Positions 1 through 10,442 of a DNA stretch of 32,000 bases are shown here, piece by piece. Numbering within the stretch: the first letter of the stretch is position 1; each line of letters opens with the position of its first letter. This DNA is from Halomicronema hongdechloris C2206 (lineage in GTDB: Bacteria > Cyanobacteriota > Cyanobacteriia > Phormidesmidales > Phormidesmidaceae). Location: NCBI RefSeq assembly GCF_002075285.3, contig NZ_CP021983.2, forward strand, positions 930,001-962,000. Direction: 5' to 3'. A model generated the notes under the pieces. It saw only the letters and a program-made list of their open reading frames with translations, had not been told where the DNA came from and did not search any database. The position numbers were made by a program, and so were the translations under genes.

Positions 1-319
1 TCACGGCTAGGTCCTGGGGATTGGCGTCCCCATAGGCTCGATGGCCATAGCGCTGCAGCAGCGCGGGTACCTGATAGAGGGCCTCGGTGGTAACGCTGTG
101 TAGGGCCGAGGTCACTGGCAATTGGGCTGCCTCTGGCCCAGGCCCCCCTCCCCCAGCCAGGCTCAATAGGGCAATGACTGCCCTAGCAGCCCAGCCATTA
201 ATCGTAATGCTCGGCGCTTCAGACCACGAGACAAGGTCTGACCAAGGGCTATGAGGTAGGGGCGTAGTGAGGTCCAAGACGCCATGGGCTTCAAGGCTAG
301 GGAGAGTGCGATAAGTCAT
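1..319 (-). CDS. Hypothetical protein, 5' part only; the gene continues past the left edge of the window
   Basis: Hand translation of the minus strand gives an open frame from ATG at 319..317 to position 1: MTYRTLPSLEAHGVLDLTTPLPHSPWSDLVSW...ALYQVPALLQRYGHRAYGDANPQDLAV. Its ATG overlaps the TGA stop (318..316) of the upstream gene as ATGA. It is absent from the ORF track because it is truncated. I do not recognise a family. Confidence 0.45.
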   Translation of the reverse strand, partial: MTYRTLPSLEAHGVLDLTTPLPHSPWSDLVSWSEAPSITINGWAARAVIALLSLAGGGGPGPEAAQLPVTSALHSVTTEALYQVPALLQRYGHRAYGDANPQDLAV

Positions 320-2163
320 TGGCTAAGCCGCCCCAGAGGGGCTAGACCGGTCCTTGAGGGCCATCGCATCAGCAACGGACAAGGACCAGTGGCCTGATGG
401 GGGGGAATTAGCGCCACCACATGGGGGACAGGGCGAGGTTCATACCCCATCAACGAGTCGCCTTGGTAAGCCAAGGAGGTGCTGGCGCCCGAGTCCACCA
501 TGACGGCATCCCGTAAGCCCAACTGTTGGAGCAGCTGGCCTAGGGTGACCGAGTCGACCCGGTCCTGACTCACCCCCACCACCGGTTGACCAGCCTGGTT
601 AATGCCCCAAAAGGCGCGGTGACGTTGGGCCTCGAAATCAAACAGATTGCCAAAAGCACTAGCCGGCTGAGCCTCACCGTCCTTGACCAGCCAGGCAGCT
701 GCTACAAAGGCATCGGTTACCCGCGGTAGCTCTGCTCGCAAGCCCTGCAGCGTATTGTGCTGAGCTGGTTGAAAAGGAATATACTTGACCACCTCGGGAG
801 ACATTAAGACCAGAGGGCGGCCGGCTAGTTTGCGATTTTCACTGGCATTCCCCGGCACAAACGTGTGGCTATTCTGACTCAGCACTGGTCCAATCATGAC
901 ATTGGAGTCCAGATACTTGAGGGAAAAGAACCCACCATCTACCGCCGCGACGGCATTGGTGTGGGCGATGATCTCGGGAACCTGATAGCGGCTATCGGCA
1001 TGGATGGTCACAGGCCATCCCCCGGTGGCCAAGGCTAGGGGAATTCCTTCCAGGGTTAAGGTGTGCAGTTGCACAGGGGCACTGAACTGGAAAGTGTCAG
1101 GGCTAGGGGCAGGAGGGCCTGCCCAGGCCTGATCCAGTAGCTGGGACAGTGTCGATTGCCCAAAGCGAGCAATGGCCAGGAGATTGTCAGACTCACCTGC
1201 ATACGCTTCGTCAGTATTGCTCATGGTCAGGGCGGCCCGATACCCCGCCGCCTCTACTGCTGCCATCACTCGCTCATCATAGTGGCCAGCTGGGTAGGTA
1301 AAGTAGTGGATGGGCTTGTCAAGCTTGGCTTCTAGGCGAGCCTTAACCGCTGTCACCTCTCGACGCAGGTCGGCAGCGGGAAGCGATCGCAAATCGGGCG
1401 GATGCGTAACACTGTGGGCAGCAATGGTGACAAGAGGATCCTGGGCCATGTCCTGTAGCTGCGTCCAGGAGAGCCTCGAGCGGCCAGCGATAGTGCCATC
1501 TAACTTGCCGGTAAACACTGAGAAAACCGCTGGATAACCGTACTGCTGCAGCAAGGGGTACACATGGGTATAGTGGCCAGCGTAGCCATCGTCGAAGCTA
1601 AGCACGATGGATTTCTCTGGCAGAGGCCTGCCGGTATGTAAATGATTGACTAATTGCTCCAAACTAATTGGAGTCAGGCCCTGCCGACGAATCTGCTGAA
1701 ACTGCTCTGCCAACTGAGACGGCGTCACATCAAAGAATACCTGTGGCGTTGTTAAAACGTCGTGGTACATCAACACCGGTACCTTGGCCAGGCGAGCGTC
1801 TGCATGGATTGCTGGCCAAGCCCGAGTTGGCAGATAGGGGATAGGCAGGGATAGCCTGGACGCCAGCTCCTCAGTGAGGACACCGGAATCAGACGTAGCC
1901 TCAGCCCTATCTGTTGCTAACGGAGTGTGACAGACCCGTCGGGAGGATACTTCTGTGGGAAAAGCTGCCATACCAACAACCGCAGGGGCTGCGGGCAAGG
2001 TTACTGGGAATGACTGCCGCCGAGCAGGAGGCGATAATTCAGGCTGAATTACCAGGATAGCGGGTATAGCTGCTGCGACAGCCACTGCCGTTACCCCAAG
2101 CGTCCCCCAGTACCGAGGACGTAACCGCCAACGTTTGCCCAGCCCCAGTCCGTCCAACTGCAT
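316..2163 (-). CDS. Membrane-anchored fusion protein: polysaccharide deacetylase (NodB-type) domain plus C-terminal phosphodiester glycosidase (DUF2233/NAGPA-like) domain
   Basis: The N-terminal hydrophobic segment is TLGVTAVAVAAAIPAILVI. NodB-type motifs are VLMYHDV, VLSFDDGYAGHY and AAHSVTHP. The C-terminal half has AAVDGGFF, AFWGINQAGQPVVGV and MVDSGASTSLAY, which parallel the motifs in the ORF at 11738..13600. Confidence 0.75.
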   Translation of the reverse strand: MQLDGLGLGKRWRLRPRYWGTLGVTAVAVAAAIPAILVIQPELSPPARRQSFPVTLPAAPAVVGMAAFPTEVSSRRVCHTPLATDRAEATSDSGVLTEELASRLSLPIPYLPTRAWPAIHADARLAKVPVLMYHDVLTTPQVFFDVTPSQLAEQFQQIRRQGLTPISLEQLVNHLHTGRPLPEKSIVLSFDDGYAGHYTHVYPLLQQYGYPAVFSVFTGKLDGTIAGRSRLSWTQLQDMAQDPLVTIAAHSVTHPPDLRSLPAADLRREVTAVKARLEAKLDKPIHYFTYPAGHYDERVMAAVEAAGYRAALTMSNTDEAYAGESDNLLAIARFGQSTLSQLLDQAWAGPPAPSPDTFQFSAPVQLHTLTLEGIPLALATGGWPVTIHADSRYQVPEIIAHTNAVAAVDGGFFSLKYLDSNVMIGPVLSQNSHTFVPGNASENRKLAGRPLVLMSPEVVKYIPFQPAQHNTLQGLRAELPRVTDAFVAAAWLVKDGEAQPASAFGNLFDFEAQRHRAFWGINQAGQPVVGVSQDRVDSVTLGQLLQQLGLRDAVMVDSGASTSLAYQGDSLMGYEPRPVPHVVALIPPHQATGPCPLLMRWPSRTGLAPLGRLSQ

Positions 2164-2304
2164 TGGCGCTCCCTCAGAGGTCCTGGGGATGATCCAATGT
2201 CCGGTATCATCCCTCCATCCAAGACCCTACTGGAGGCAAGCTAAGCATTGACTAGGATCGATTTAAGGTCTGACGGACCACTGATTAACCCTGCGTTAAG
2301 GGAT

Positions 2305-2895
2305 TCATCCCTGAGACTGCTGATGATGTAGAGAGGAGGATAGGGTCGAGGGATCCTGGCCGTCATTCAATTGGCTTTGAACCCACTGATAGTAGTCGGA
2401 CAGCAGATGGCTAGATAACCGCTGCTTAATGGTCATGAGAATACTCTTCAGCAGTCCATTGCCCGTGGTTTCCAATAATGAGCGGGGAGTGAATCGCAGC
2501 GCCGGGGGTAATTCGACCTCAACCACGAGATGGGCGGTTCCCTCCAGATGGGTGGAGTCTTGACGACAGATCGGCGCGAGATGGCCTTTCAGGTGCAGAT
2601 CGAATCGCTGGTTGACATATTGATTGCCACGGATTTGGCAACCGGTGGAATACAGTTGAATGCGACCGTTGGCCTCAGTATCTATCTGCAGATCCACCGT
2701 AGGCTGAATGTGTAGCATCATGAACTTAAGAGGCCGCATAGTTAAGCGGAAACGTCCATCTCCCAGGACGTCAACCCGTTTCATGTCCATGAGCGCATTG
2801 ATCAAGCGTCGAGGTTGGCGTAGGTAGTGGCCTACTGGAATAGGTTGGGGATCAACCGACAGATGGATAGACTGAGACGCAGTGAAACGAACCAT
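2305..2895 (-). CDS. DUF1997 family protein (conserved in cyanobacteria and plastids)
   Basis: The sequence MVRFTASQSIHLSV...HYLRQPRRLINALMD...RFRL and the length fit my recollection of DUF1997. I chose the internal ATG at 2895; the track ORF extends to 2934. Confidence 0.6.
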   Translation of the reverse strand: MVRFTASQSIHLSVDPQPIPVGHYLRQPRRLINALMDMKRVDVLGDGRFRLTMRPLKFMMLHIQPTVDLQIDTEANGRIQLYSTGCQIRGNQYVNQRFDLHLKGHLAPICRQDSTHLEGTAHLVVEVELPPALRFTPRSLLETTGNGLLKSILMTIKQRLSSHLLSDYYQWVQSQLNDGQDPSTLSSSLHHQQSQG

Positions 2896-3025
2896 TGGGC
2901 AACTATGTAGGTCAGCACTTGATCGGCGTGGCATACGACTGCCATTAATAAATGTTAACCTTTGTAAGGATAGTTAGCAGGGCCGCTCTCCCTTAGCCCT
3001 GACGGATGGCAGACCGGTTATCAAT

Positions 3026-3053
3026 CTGGCTAAGACTCTCTGGCTAAGACTCT
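3026..3053. repeat. Tandem direct repeat CTGGCTAAGACTCT x2
   Basis: Identical copies at 3026-3039 and 3040-3053, in the long intergenic region between the DUF1997 gene and pheA. Confidence 0.9.
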
Positions 3054-3634
3054 TGGTTAGGTTATCAAAGGCACAGGGTAAAGATGGTCCCCTTAGCTAT
3101 CCCGCACCCAAGCAACATCAGCGAGTATGGAGAACCATATTCCTAAAAACTGGCTGGGGCAGTTGGTTGAGCTTAACGCTACTCTCTGGGTTGGCCAATC
3201 CAACTGAGGTTTGGACCACAAGGACAAGAGCTGATTAGATAGGCTAGTAGCTTGCAGCCTAGTGAATAAATTTTGCTTGGATGATTCTGGAAATTAGGAG
3301 GTAGTAGCCACGTCTTTCTGATATGGCCAGAAAAACGTCAGGGCCTCAAACTAATTTTTAATAGTACTTGGGTGCGAGGATGTTTGGAAAGCTTAAGAGC
3401 TAATTTGCAAAGAAAATCTTAAAAAGCCTGCAAGGCAAGCGCTGTCGAGGCTTCAGCGATCTTGCCTGAGCGTTTACAGTGATCCCGAAAACCTTGCTCT
3501 GACGACTGTTTAGGTGTTTTGCAAATCGCCTCTAATCAAAGTCCTGAGCTCCTTGCCAATTGGCGTTGAAGGGGATTGGGGCTGTCATGATCCGTTATCG
3601 TTAACACTCGAGCCGATTCCTGAAGCGAATAACT

Positions 3635-4525
3635 ATGGTGCGTTCTGTTGCTCACTTGGGTCCCCGGGGAACCTATTCTGAGATGGCTGCCCTTGCCTAT
3701 ATTCGTTGGGCCAAGCTCGACACTGGCGATGAGTTGATGCTGCGAGCATATCCCAGTATTGCCCAGGCTCTACAAGCCACAGCAACTGGAGAAACAGAGG
3801 TGACGGTGGTGCCAGTGGAAAACTCCGTGGAGGGCAGTGTTGCCATTACTCTAGATATGCTCTGGCGCCTAGAAACCCTTCAAATTCAAAAGGCTTTAGT
3901 GTTACCGATTGTCCATGCCTTTCTGTCTCGGGCAGATAGGATGCAGCAAGTTCAGACTGTCTATTCTCACCCTCAGGCCCTAGGTCAATGTCAGGGATGG
4001 ATAGAAACCCAGTTGCCTCACGCTCGTTTGATTCCAACCAGCTCAACTACAGAGGCGTTGACCCACTTACAGGATGATGTGAGAGTTGGTGCGATCGCAT
4101 CCGAATGGGCTGCTCAAATCTATCAGTTACCTGTACTTGCCCACGCCATCAATGACCACGCCGACAACTGTACCAAGTTCTGGGTCCTAGGTCGTAAAGC
4201 CAGTCATCAAGGGAACCAGACCTCATTGGCGTTCAGTTTACCAATCAATGCTCCGGGGGCATTGCTCAAACCCCTACAAATTTTAGCGGCCCATGACATC
4301 AACATGAGCCGCATTGAATCTCGCCCTACCAAACGATCCCTGGGAGACTATCTATTCTTCATTGACATCGAAGCAGATGCCAGCCTTCCCAACGTAAAAG
4401 CCGCCTTACAATCTCTCAAGCACTGTACTGAGACACTCAAGATATTTGGCAGCTACAGCCTGCTCCCAATCGACAACCCTTGTCCTTCAGACCCAACCAC
4501 CAACACCTCCGCCGGCGCGGAGTAG
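3635..4525 (+). CDS. pheA: Prephenate dehydratase
   Basis: The N-terminus VAHLGPRGTYSE is a PDT-domain hallmark. SHPQALGQC is present. The C-terminal ACT domain has INMSRIESRPTK and YLFFIDIE. Confidence 0.9.
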   Translation: MVRSVAHLGPRGTYSEMAALAYIRWAKLDTGDELMLRAYPSIAQALQATATGETEVTVVPVENSVEGSVAITLDMLWRLETLQIQKALVLPIVHAFLSRADRMQQVQTVYSHPQALGQCQGWIETQLPHARLIPTSSTTEALTHLQDDVRVGAIASEWAAQIYQLPVLAHAINDHADNCTKFWVLGRKASHQGNQTSLAFSLPINAPGALLKPLQILAAHDINMSRIESRPTKRSLGDYLFFIDIEADASLPNVKAALQSLKHCTETLKIFGSYSLLPIDNPCPSDPTTNTSAGAE

Positions 4526-4547
4526 GTCCCCTCAACAGACCATCAAC

Positions 4548-5189
4548 TTACTCCAGCACATCTTTGAGGGCAGCCCGGGCCGCTAGATGATTACGGGTTG
4601 TGGTCAAAATATCGACTTCCCGCTCCAGACGCTCCGTCGTATCCTGGATTTCTAGCAGAGACTGTTGCTCATCGGCGACACCGTACAGATTACTAGCAAC
4701 CCAATAAGATAACTCTAAAGGCAACTCTGGAATATTCTCCGGGAATTCAATCTCCTGGCTCGTGAGCTTAGCCGAAAGCCTCACCACATCTCGTAATAAG
4801 CGCTCTAGCTCAGTACTCAGAGGATACAGATCCTCTTCAGTTGGGTTATCTTCAATCCACTCCACCAAGCCTACTCGATAAGGCTTTTGCCGCACATAAT
4901 TTAAGACTCGAAATCGTTGCTGGCCAATCGTCAGAATTTTCATGCGGTCGTCGGCTAACCGCTGGTAGTGGATGATTTCCGCACAACACCCAACAGGTGA
5001 TGGTTGACCCGTGGCTGGATCCAGCATTAATACCCCAAAGCGTCTATCACTCTGGAGTATCGTGTTCATCATGATGCGATAACGGAATTCAAAAATGTGG
5101 AGCGGCAAATGCCGACCAGGAAATAACACTAGATTGGGCAGCGGGAACAGAGGAAGCTCGCGAACGGCAATTGATGATGAAAAGGTCAT
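4548..5189 (-). CDS. LON peptidase substrate-binding (Lon N-terminal) domain protein
   Basis: LPLFPLPNLVLFPGRHLPLHIFEFRYRIM is the classic start of a Lon N-terminal domain. The length of about 210 aa, with no AAA or protease domain, fits the stand-alone family. Confidence 0.8.
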   Translation of the reverse strand: MTFSSSIAVRELPLFPLPNLVLFPGRHLPLHIFEFRYRIMMNTILQSDRRFGVLMLDPATGQPSPVGCCAEIIHYQRLADDRMKILTIGQQRFRVLNYVRQKPYRVGLVEWIEDNPTEEDLYPLSTELERLLRDVVRLSAKLTSQEIEFPENIPELPLELSYWVASNLYGVADEQQSLLEIQDTTERLEREVDILTTTRNHLAARAALKDVLE

Positions 5190-5456
5190 TACTGTTCGGC
5201 TGCAGTAAAAAGTCAGCTGGGAACGACAAACAACTCAGGAATCCAGGTAAAGAAAAATTGAATACCTGAATTCATTGTACCGCAAGCATCTCAGCTGGAG
5301 GGATTAAGCTAGTGCGTTATCCTTCTGGTTGGGCCGAATTTATTATTGGCTACAGATTAATCGAACAGTACCCTACAGTGCGATTAACCTTCTCCTCAGC
5401 AATGCGGCTCTTCAGCATGGAGCTCAGCCCAATGTTCGATATTTTCTATAACCGTG

Positions 5457-5774
5457 CTAGAGCTTAACCTCAATATCAACTCCAGCTGGTAGATCTAATT
5501 TCATGAGGGCATCGATAGTCTTGGAAGACGGCTGATAGATATCAACAATACGACGATGAGTACGGGTTTCGAAATGCTCTCTGGAATCTTTGTTGACGTG
5601 GGGTGAGCGTAGTAAACAGTAGATACGACGCTTTGTCGGCAAGGGAATTGGGCCAATGGCAGTGGCATTGGTGCGATTAGCCGTATCTACAATCTTTTCA
5701 CAAGACGTATCGAGTAGGCGGCGGTCAAAGGCCTTGAGGCGGATACGAATTTTTTGCTGCTGAATCGTTGCCAT
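5457..5774 (-). CDS. rpsJ: 30S ribosomal protein S10
   Basis: [11 protein letters not shown]...[25 protein letters not shown]...IDI. It lies directly downstream of tuf, as is usual in cyanobacteria. Confidence 0.97.
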   Translation of the reverse strand: MATIQQQKIRIRLKAFDRRLLDTSCEKIVDTANRTNATAIGPIPLPTKRRIYCLLRSPHVNKDSREHFETRTHRRIVDIYQPSSKTIDALMKLDLPAGVDIEVKL

Positions 5775-5881
5775 GGAAGCTTTACCAAACTTGGGTTGTC
5801 AAGGTTCTAAACACTAACGGAGGCAAAGGAGCGGCTTGAAGCATCAAACCACTCCTTCAAATTAACCCTATGTAGGGAAAA

Positions 5882-7111
5882 CTATTGGACGATCTTAGCA
5901 ACCACACCGGCACCAACAGTACGGCCGCCTTCCCGAATAGCAAAGCGCATGCCTTGCTCAATGGCAATGGGATTAATCAGACTCACATTCATTTTAATGC
6001 GATCTCCTGGCATTACCATCTCAGCCGCACTACCATCATCAGCCGTGAAGCTCTCAATAGTGCCGGTTACATCTGTGGTTCGGACGAAGAACTGAGGCTT
6101 GTAGCCAGGGAAAAAGGGTGTATGACGTCCCCCTTCCTCTTTCTTCAAGACATACACCTCAGCCTCAAACTTTGTATGGGGTGTAATACTACCCGGCTTG
6201 GCAAGTACCATGCCCCGCTCGACATCAGTTTTCTGGATACCCCGTAGGAGAACTCCCACGTTGTCACCAGCCATGCCTTCGTCGAGCACTTTTTGGAACA
6301 TCTCCACACCAGTCACTGTGGTGCTGCGAGTATCACGAATGCCGACAAGCTCAACCGTGTCGCCAACTTTCACCTTACCCCGCTCAATCCGTCCCGTAGC
6401 TACGGTGCCGCGTCCAGTAATAGAGAAGACGTCCTCAACCGCCATCAGGAATGGCTTATCCACGTCACGCTCAGGGGTCGGAATAGCTTCGTCTACTCGG
6501 TCCATCAGTTCGAGGACCTTATCTACCCATTCATCGTCACCGCGATCGATGTCAGGCTTAGAGGTCAATGATTCCAATGCCTTCAGGGCAGACCCAGCCA
6601 CGATAGGAATGTCATCGCCAGGAAAATCATAGGAACTCAGTAGCTCACGTACTTCTAGCTCCACCAGCTCTAAGAGTTCCTCATCATCTACTTGATCCTG
6701 CTTGTTAAGAAAGACCACGATGTTTGGCACGCCGACTTGCTTCGCTAGCAGGATGTGCTCACGGGTCTGAGGCATAGGACCATCAGCAGCAGATACCACC
6801 AAGATTGCCCCATCCATCTGAGCGGCTCCAGTGATCATGTTTTTCACATAATCAGCATGGCCAGGGCAATCCACATGGGCATAGTGACGATTCTCTGTCT
6901 GATACTCGACGTGAGCAGTATTGATAGTGATTCCTCGAGCTTTCTCCTCGGGAGCCGCATCAATCTCATCGTACTTGCGAGCTTTACCGCCACCGGCAAC
7001 AGCAAGCGCCATGGTAATCGCCGCAGTTAGCGTGGTTTTACCATGGTCCACGTGACCGATGGTGCCGATGTTGACGTGAGGTTTGTTTCGTTCAAATTTT
7101 GCGCGTGCCAT
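5882..7111 (-). CDS. tuf: Elongation factor Tu
   Basis: [38 protein letters not shown] and NKQD motifs across a full-length 409-aa protein. Confidence 0.99.
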   Translation of the reverse strand: MARAKFERNKPHVNIGTIGHVDHGKTTLTAAITMALAVAGGGKARKYDEIDAAPEEKARGITINTAHVEYQTENRHYAHVDCPGHADYVKNMITGAAQMDGAILVVSAADGPMPQTREHILLAKQVGVPNIVVFLNKQDQVDDEELLELVELEVRELLSSYDFPGDDIPIVAGSALKALESLTSKPDIDRGDDEWVDKVLELMDRVDEAIPTPERDVDKPFLMAVEDVFSITGRGTVATGRIERGKVKVGDTVELVGIRDTRSTTVTGVEMFQKVLDEGMAGDNVGVLLRGIQKTDVERGMVLAKPGSITPHTKFEAEVYVLKKEEGGRHTPFFPGYKPQFFVRTTDVTGTIESFTADDGSAAEMVMPGDRIKMNVSLINPIAIEQGMRFAIREGGRTVGAGVVAKIVQ

Positions 7112-7132
7112 TACGTACGTGTCCCTTATAAC

Positions 7133-9208
7133 CTATGCGTTCCCACTGTTTTTAGCGATGATGGTTTCAGCAACATTACGAGGAACCTCGTCATATTCAC
7201 TGAATTCCATCGAAAATATGCCTCGACCCTGCGTTTTGGAGCGGATATCGGTGGCATAACCAAACATCTCAGCCAGAGGAACCTTTGCAGTCACCTTGGC
7301 GAGGCTTTCCTCAGTGCCCATACCTTCAATATGACCGCGGCGAGAGTTGAGGTCGCCGATCACATCACCGAGGAAATCCTCGGGCACCTCAACTTCGACT
7401 TTCATCATGGGCTCTAGAAGGACAGGCGAAGCCTTCAACACAGCATCTTTCATAGCCATGGAGCCAGCAATCTTGAAAGCCATCTCGGAAGAGTCCACAT
7501 CATGATAAGACCCATCCACTAATGTAACTTTCAAATCGATCACGGGGTACCCAGCTAGGATACCAGATTCACAGGCTTCTTTCATGCCCTGCTCGGCAGA
7601 TGGAATGTATTCTTTAGGAATCGAGCCTCCAACAATTTTAGACGTGAACTCAAAGCCACTGCCAGGCTCGCTCGGCTCCACATCAATCACAACGTGGCCA
7701 TACTGTCCCTTGCCACCGCTTTGACGAACAAATTTACCTTCTACCTGAGTAGGCTTACGGATGGTTTCCCGGTAAGCCACTTGGGGGGCGCCAATATTGG
7801 CTTCAACCCTAAACTCCCGCAACATACGATCAACCAATATATCTAGGTGGAGTTCTCCCATCCCAGCAATCACCGTTTGGTTGGTTTCAGGGTCTGTACT
7901 GACGCGGAACGTTGGATCTTCTTCCGAGAGAGACTGTAAAGCCTTGGACAATTTGTCCATATCTTGCTTGGTTTTGGGTTCAACCGCCACCGAAATAACT
8001 GGCTCAGGAATATAAAGCGATTCCAGAATAATCACATTATCGGGGTCACAGATGGTGTCACCAGTGAACGTATTTTTCAGACCAATGACAGCCCCTAAAT
8101 CACCTGCCCGTAGTTCATCAACCTCGATACGCTCATCTGCTTTAAGCACAATCAAACGGGAGGCACGCTCCTTTTGATCCTTGGTGGCGTTATAGATGTA
8201 GCTACCCTTTTTCAAGATGCCGGAGTAAACCCGTAAAAACGTCAGTCGACCATAAGGATCAGACATGACTTTGAAGGCTAAAGCCGCCAAAGGCTCGTCA
8301 TCGTCTGCATGGCGCTCAGCTGTTTCACCACTCGGCAGTAGTCCTTGGATGGGAGGCACTTCAGTCGGAGCCGGCAGATAATCCACCACAGCATCCAGAA
8401 GTAGCTGGACTCCTTTATTCTTAAAAGCTGAGCCGCACAACATAGGAACAATAGTGCCAGCAATGGTTCCTTGACGCAGGGCAGTGGCGATATCCTCCTC
8501 GCCGAGTGATTCCCCCTCAAGATACTTTTCCATGAGGGCATCGTCGGCCTCAGCCACTGATTCAATTAGCTTAGTGCGATACTCATGGGCAAGATCGGCG
8601 ACATCGTCGGGGATATCTGTGTCGACCATATCCATGCCGAGATCGTCATTGTAGATGCGGGCTCGCATACCGACTAGATCGACGACTCCCCGGAAACCGT
8701 CCTCGGCACCAATAGGGATTTGAATCGGAACCGCATTCGCCTTCAGGCGTTCGACTATCTGGTTGTAGACCTTGAAGAAATTTGCCCCGGTGCGGTCCAT
8801 CTTGTTAACGAAGGCAATCCGCGGCACTCGATACCGCTCGGCTTGGCGCCAAACTGTCTCTGACTGAGGCTGAACTCCACCCACAGAACAAAAAACGGCG
8901 ATCACCCCATCGAGTACACGCATAGACCGTTCCACTTCAATCGTGAAATCCACGTGGCCAGGCGTATCAATGATGTTGATCTGGTGATCTCGCCAACGAG
9001 TGCTAATGGCTGCAGCTGTGATTGTAATTCCCCGCTCCCGTTCCTGTGCCATCCAGTCGGTAACGGCAGTTCCTTCATGCACTTCACCGAGTTTGTGCAC
9101 GATACCGGAATAGAACAAGATGCGTTCAGTTGTCGTTGTCTTGCCGGCATCAATGTGGGCAGCAATACCAATGTTTCTGACACGTTTCAGCGGGGTGCTC
9201 CGTTCCAC
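7133..9208 (-). CDS. fusA: Elongation factor G
   Basis: [29 protein letters not shown] and NKMDR motifs in a 691-aa protein. Its stop lies 21 bp upstream of the tuf start. Confidence 0.99.
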   Translation of the reverse strand: MERSTPLKRVRNIGIAAHIDAGKTTTTERILFYSGIVHKLGEVHEGTAVTDWMAQERERGITITAAAISTRWRDHQINIIDTPGHVDFTIEVERSMRVLDGVIAVFCSVGGVQPQSETVWRQAERYRVPRIAFVNKMDRTGANFFKVYNQIVERLKANAVPIQIPIGAEDGFRGVVDLVGMRARIYNDDLGMDMVDTDIPDDVADLAHEYRTKLIESVAEADDALMEKYLEGESLGEEDIATALRQGTIAGTIVPMLCGSAFKNKGVQLLLDAVVDYLPAPTEVPPIQGLLPSGETAERHADDDEPLAALAFKVMSDPYGRLTFLRVYSGILKKGSYIYNATKDQKERASRLIVLKADERIEVDELRAGDLGAVIGLKNTFTGDTICDPDNVIILESLYIPEPVISVAVEPKTKQDMDKLSKALQSLSEEDPTFRVSTDPETNQTVIAGMGELHLDILVDRMLREFRVEANIGAPQVAYRETIRKPTQVEGKFVRQSGGKGQYGHVVIDVEPSEPGSGFEFTSKIVGGSIPKEYIPSAEQGMKEACESGILAGYPVIDLKVTLVDGSYHDVDSSEMAFKIAGSMAMKDAVLKASPVLLEPMMKVEVEVPEDFLGDVIGDLNSRRGHIEGMGTEESLAKVTAKVPLAEMFGYATDIRSKTQGRGIFSMEFSEYDEVPRNVAETIIAKNSGNA

Positions 9209-9305
9209 AGCTACCTCCTTTCTGCTGCTAACTAGGGCAGCGACTAATCTTGCCTACTGTTAAGATTCTATACGCTTCAGTCAAGCCCAACCAACGGCAA
9301 GGCGA

Positions 9306-9776
9306 TTAGTATCGGTAATGGGCAAATGCCTTATTCGCCTCAGCCATACGATGGGTTTCCTCCCGGCGACGCACAGCACCACCGGTTTCATTGGCGGCGT
9401 CCATGAGTTCATTGGCTAACTTCATTTCCATACTCTTGCCAGAGCGCTGCCGAGAAAACTGAGTCAGCCAGCGTAGTGCCAGAGCTATTCCTCTCTCCGG
9501 GCGAACTTCCATGGGAACTTGATAGGTCGCCCCTCCTACTCGGCGGGCTTTGACCTCCACTAATGGGGTGGTATTGCGGACCGCTTGTTCAAAGATTTCT
9601 AGGGGATCACCACCAGTGCGGTCTTCGATGATTTTAAAGGCGCCATAGACGATGCGATCGGCCACTGATTTTTTCCCATCTTGCATCATGCGCCGAGCCA
9701 TCATGGTGACGAGGCGACTGTTATAGAGAGAGTCCGAGGGAACAGGGCGCTTCTGGATAAAGGTGCGGCGAGACAT
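9306..9776 (-). CDS. rpsG: 30S ribosomal protein S7
   Basis: Typical S7 sequence (SRR...DSLYNSRLV...[21 protein letters not shown]) in the expected str-operon position. Confidence 0.97.
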   Translation of the reverse strand: MSRRTFIQKRPVPSDSLYNSRLVTMMARRMMQDGKKSVADRIVYGAFKIIEDRTGGDPLEIFEQAVRNTTPLVEVKARRVGGATYQVPMEVRPERGIALALRWLTQFSRQRSGKSMEMKLANELMDAANETGGAVRRREETHRMAEANKAFAHYRY

Positions 9777-9933
9777 GAATGATCCTTGTGAAACTTAACC
9801 TGAACAATTCTTACGATGCAATCGATGGGTGGCTAACACAATGTGGCCGATACAGCAGAGTTCAGCCTGTGATCTCGTGGCTACCAGACATTCCTGATGG
9901 CTAAATCAGGGCAGCTATACCATTGATTAGCGC

Positions 9934-10305
9934 TTACTTGGGACGCTTAGCTCCGTATTTAGAGCGTCCCTGACGCCGATCTTTAACACCTGCAGTATCA
10001 AGAGTGCCGCGAATGATGTGGTAACGCACGCCGGGCAGATCCTTAACACGGCCACCCCGAATCATGACAACTGAGTGCTCTTGTAGATTATGCCCAATGC
10101 CAGGAATGTATGCAGTCACCTCGAACCCAGATGTTAACCGTACCCTTGCGACTTTACGTAGCGCTGAGTTGGGCTTCTTAGGAGTAGTGGTGTATACGCG
10201 AGTACAGACCCCACGGCGCTGAGGACAGCTCTTTAGGGCCGGTGACTTGGTTGTTTGTTTAGCTTTCTGCCGCTCGCTGCGAATCAGCTGCTGAATCGTG
10301 GGCAT
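9934..10305 (-). CDS. rpsL: 30S ribosomal protein S12
   Basis: MPTIQQLIR...[39 protein letters not shown]...[14 protein letters not shown]. Confidence 0.98.
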   Translation of the reverse strand: MPTIQQLIRSERQKAKQTTKSPALKSCPQRRGVCTRVYTTTPKKPNSALRKVARVRLTSGFEVTAYIPGIGHNLQEHSVVMIRGGRVKDLPGVRYHIIRGTLDTAGVKDRRQGRSKYGAKRPK

Positions 10306-10369
10306 AGACTGTTCAAGGAGTTAACGACTGAACTTGATAGGAAATGAATGCGAGTTGTCATAAGCTACT

Positions 10370-10399
10370 AACATACCATCTTTGCTAGAGAGCCGTCAA
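10370..10399 (-). promoter_or_regulatory. Candidate sigma70-type promoter of the str operon
   Basis: On the minus strand, TTGACG (10399..10394) is followed by an 18-nt spacer and TATGTT (10375..10370), about 65 nt upstream of the rpsL ATG. This is a pattern match only. Confidence 0.3.
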
Positions 10400-10442
10400 T
10401 CAATGGTCGAGTTGTTAGTAGTAAAGTTAACGTTGCCGTTGA

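Noticed and set aside
163-285. 40-aa minus-strand ORF starting at ATG 285
   Set aside because: It is out of frame with the longer, more protein-like frame that starts at the ATGA overlap (319) and stays open to the window edge.
3053-3238. 61-aa ORF in the pheA upstream spacer
   Set aside because: It starts at TTG inside the 14-bp tandem duplication and has no RBS and no recognisable motif.
5885-9235. Numerous 60-144-aa ORFs antisense to or out of frame with tuf and fusA (e.g. 5885..6247, 6198..6632, 7043..7417, 8278..8565, 8954..9235)
   Set aside because: They lie entirely inside two of the most conserved genes known. Their translations are low-complexity or Ser/Arg/Thr-rich and have no start context. 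They are typical shadow ORFs.
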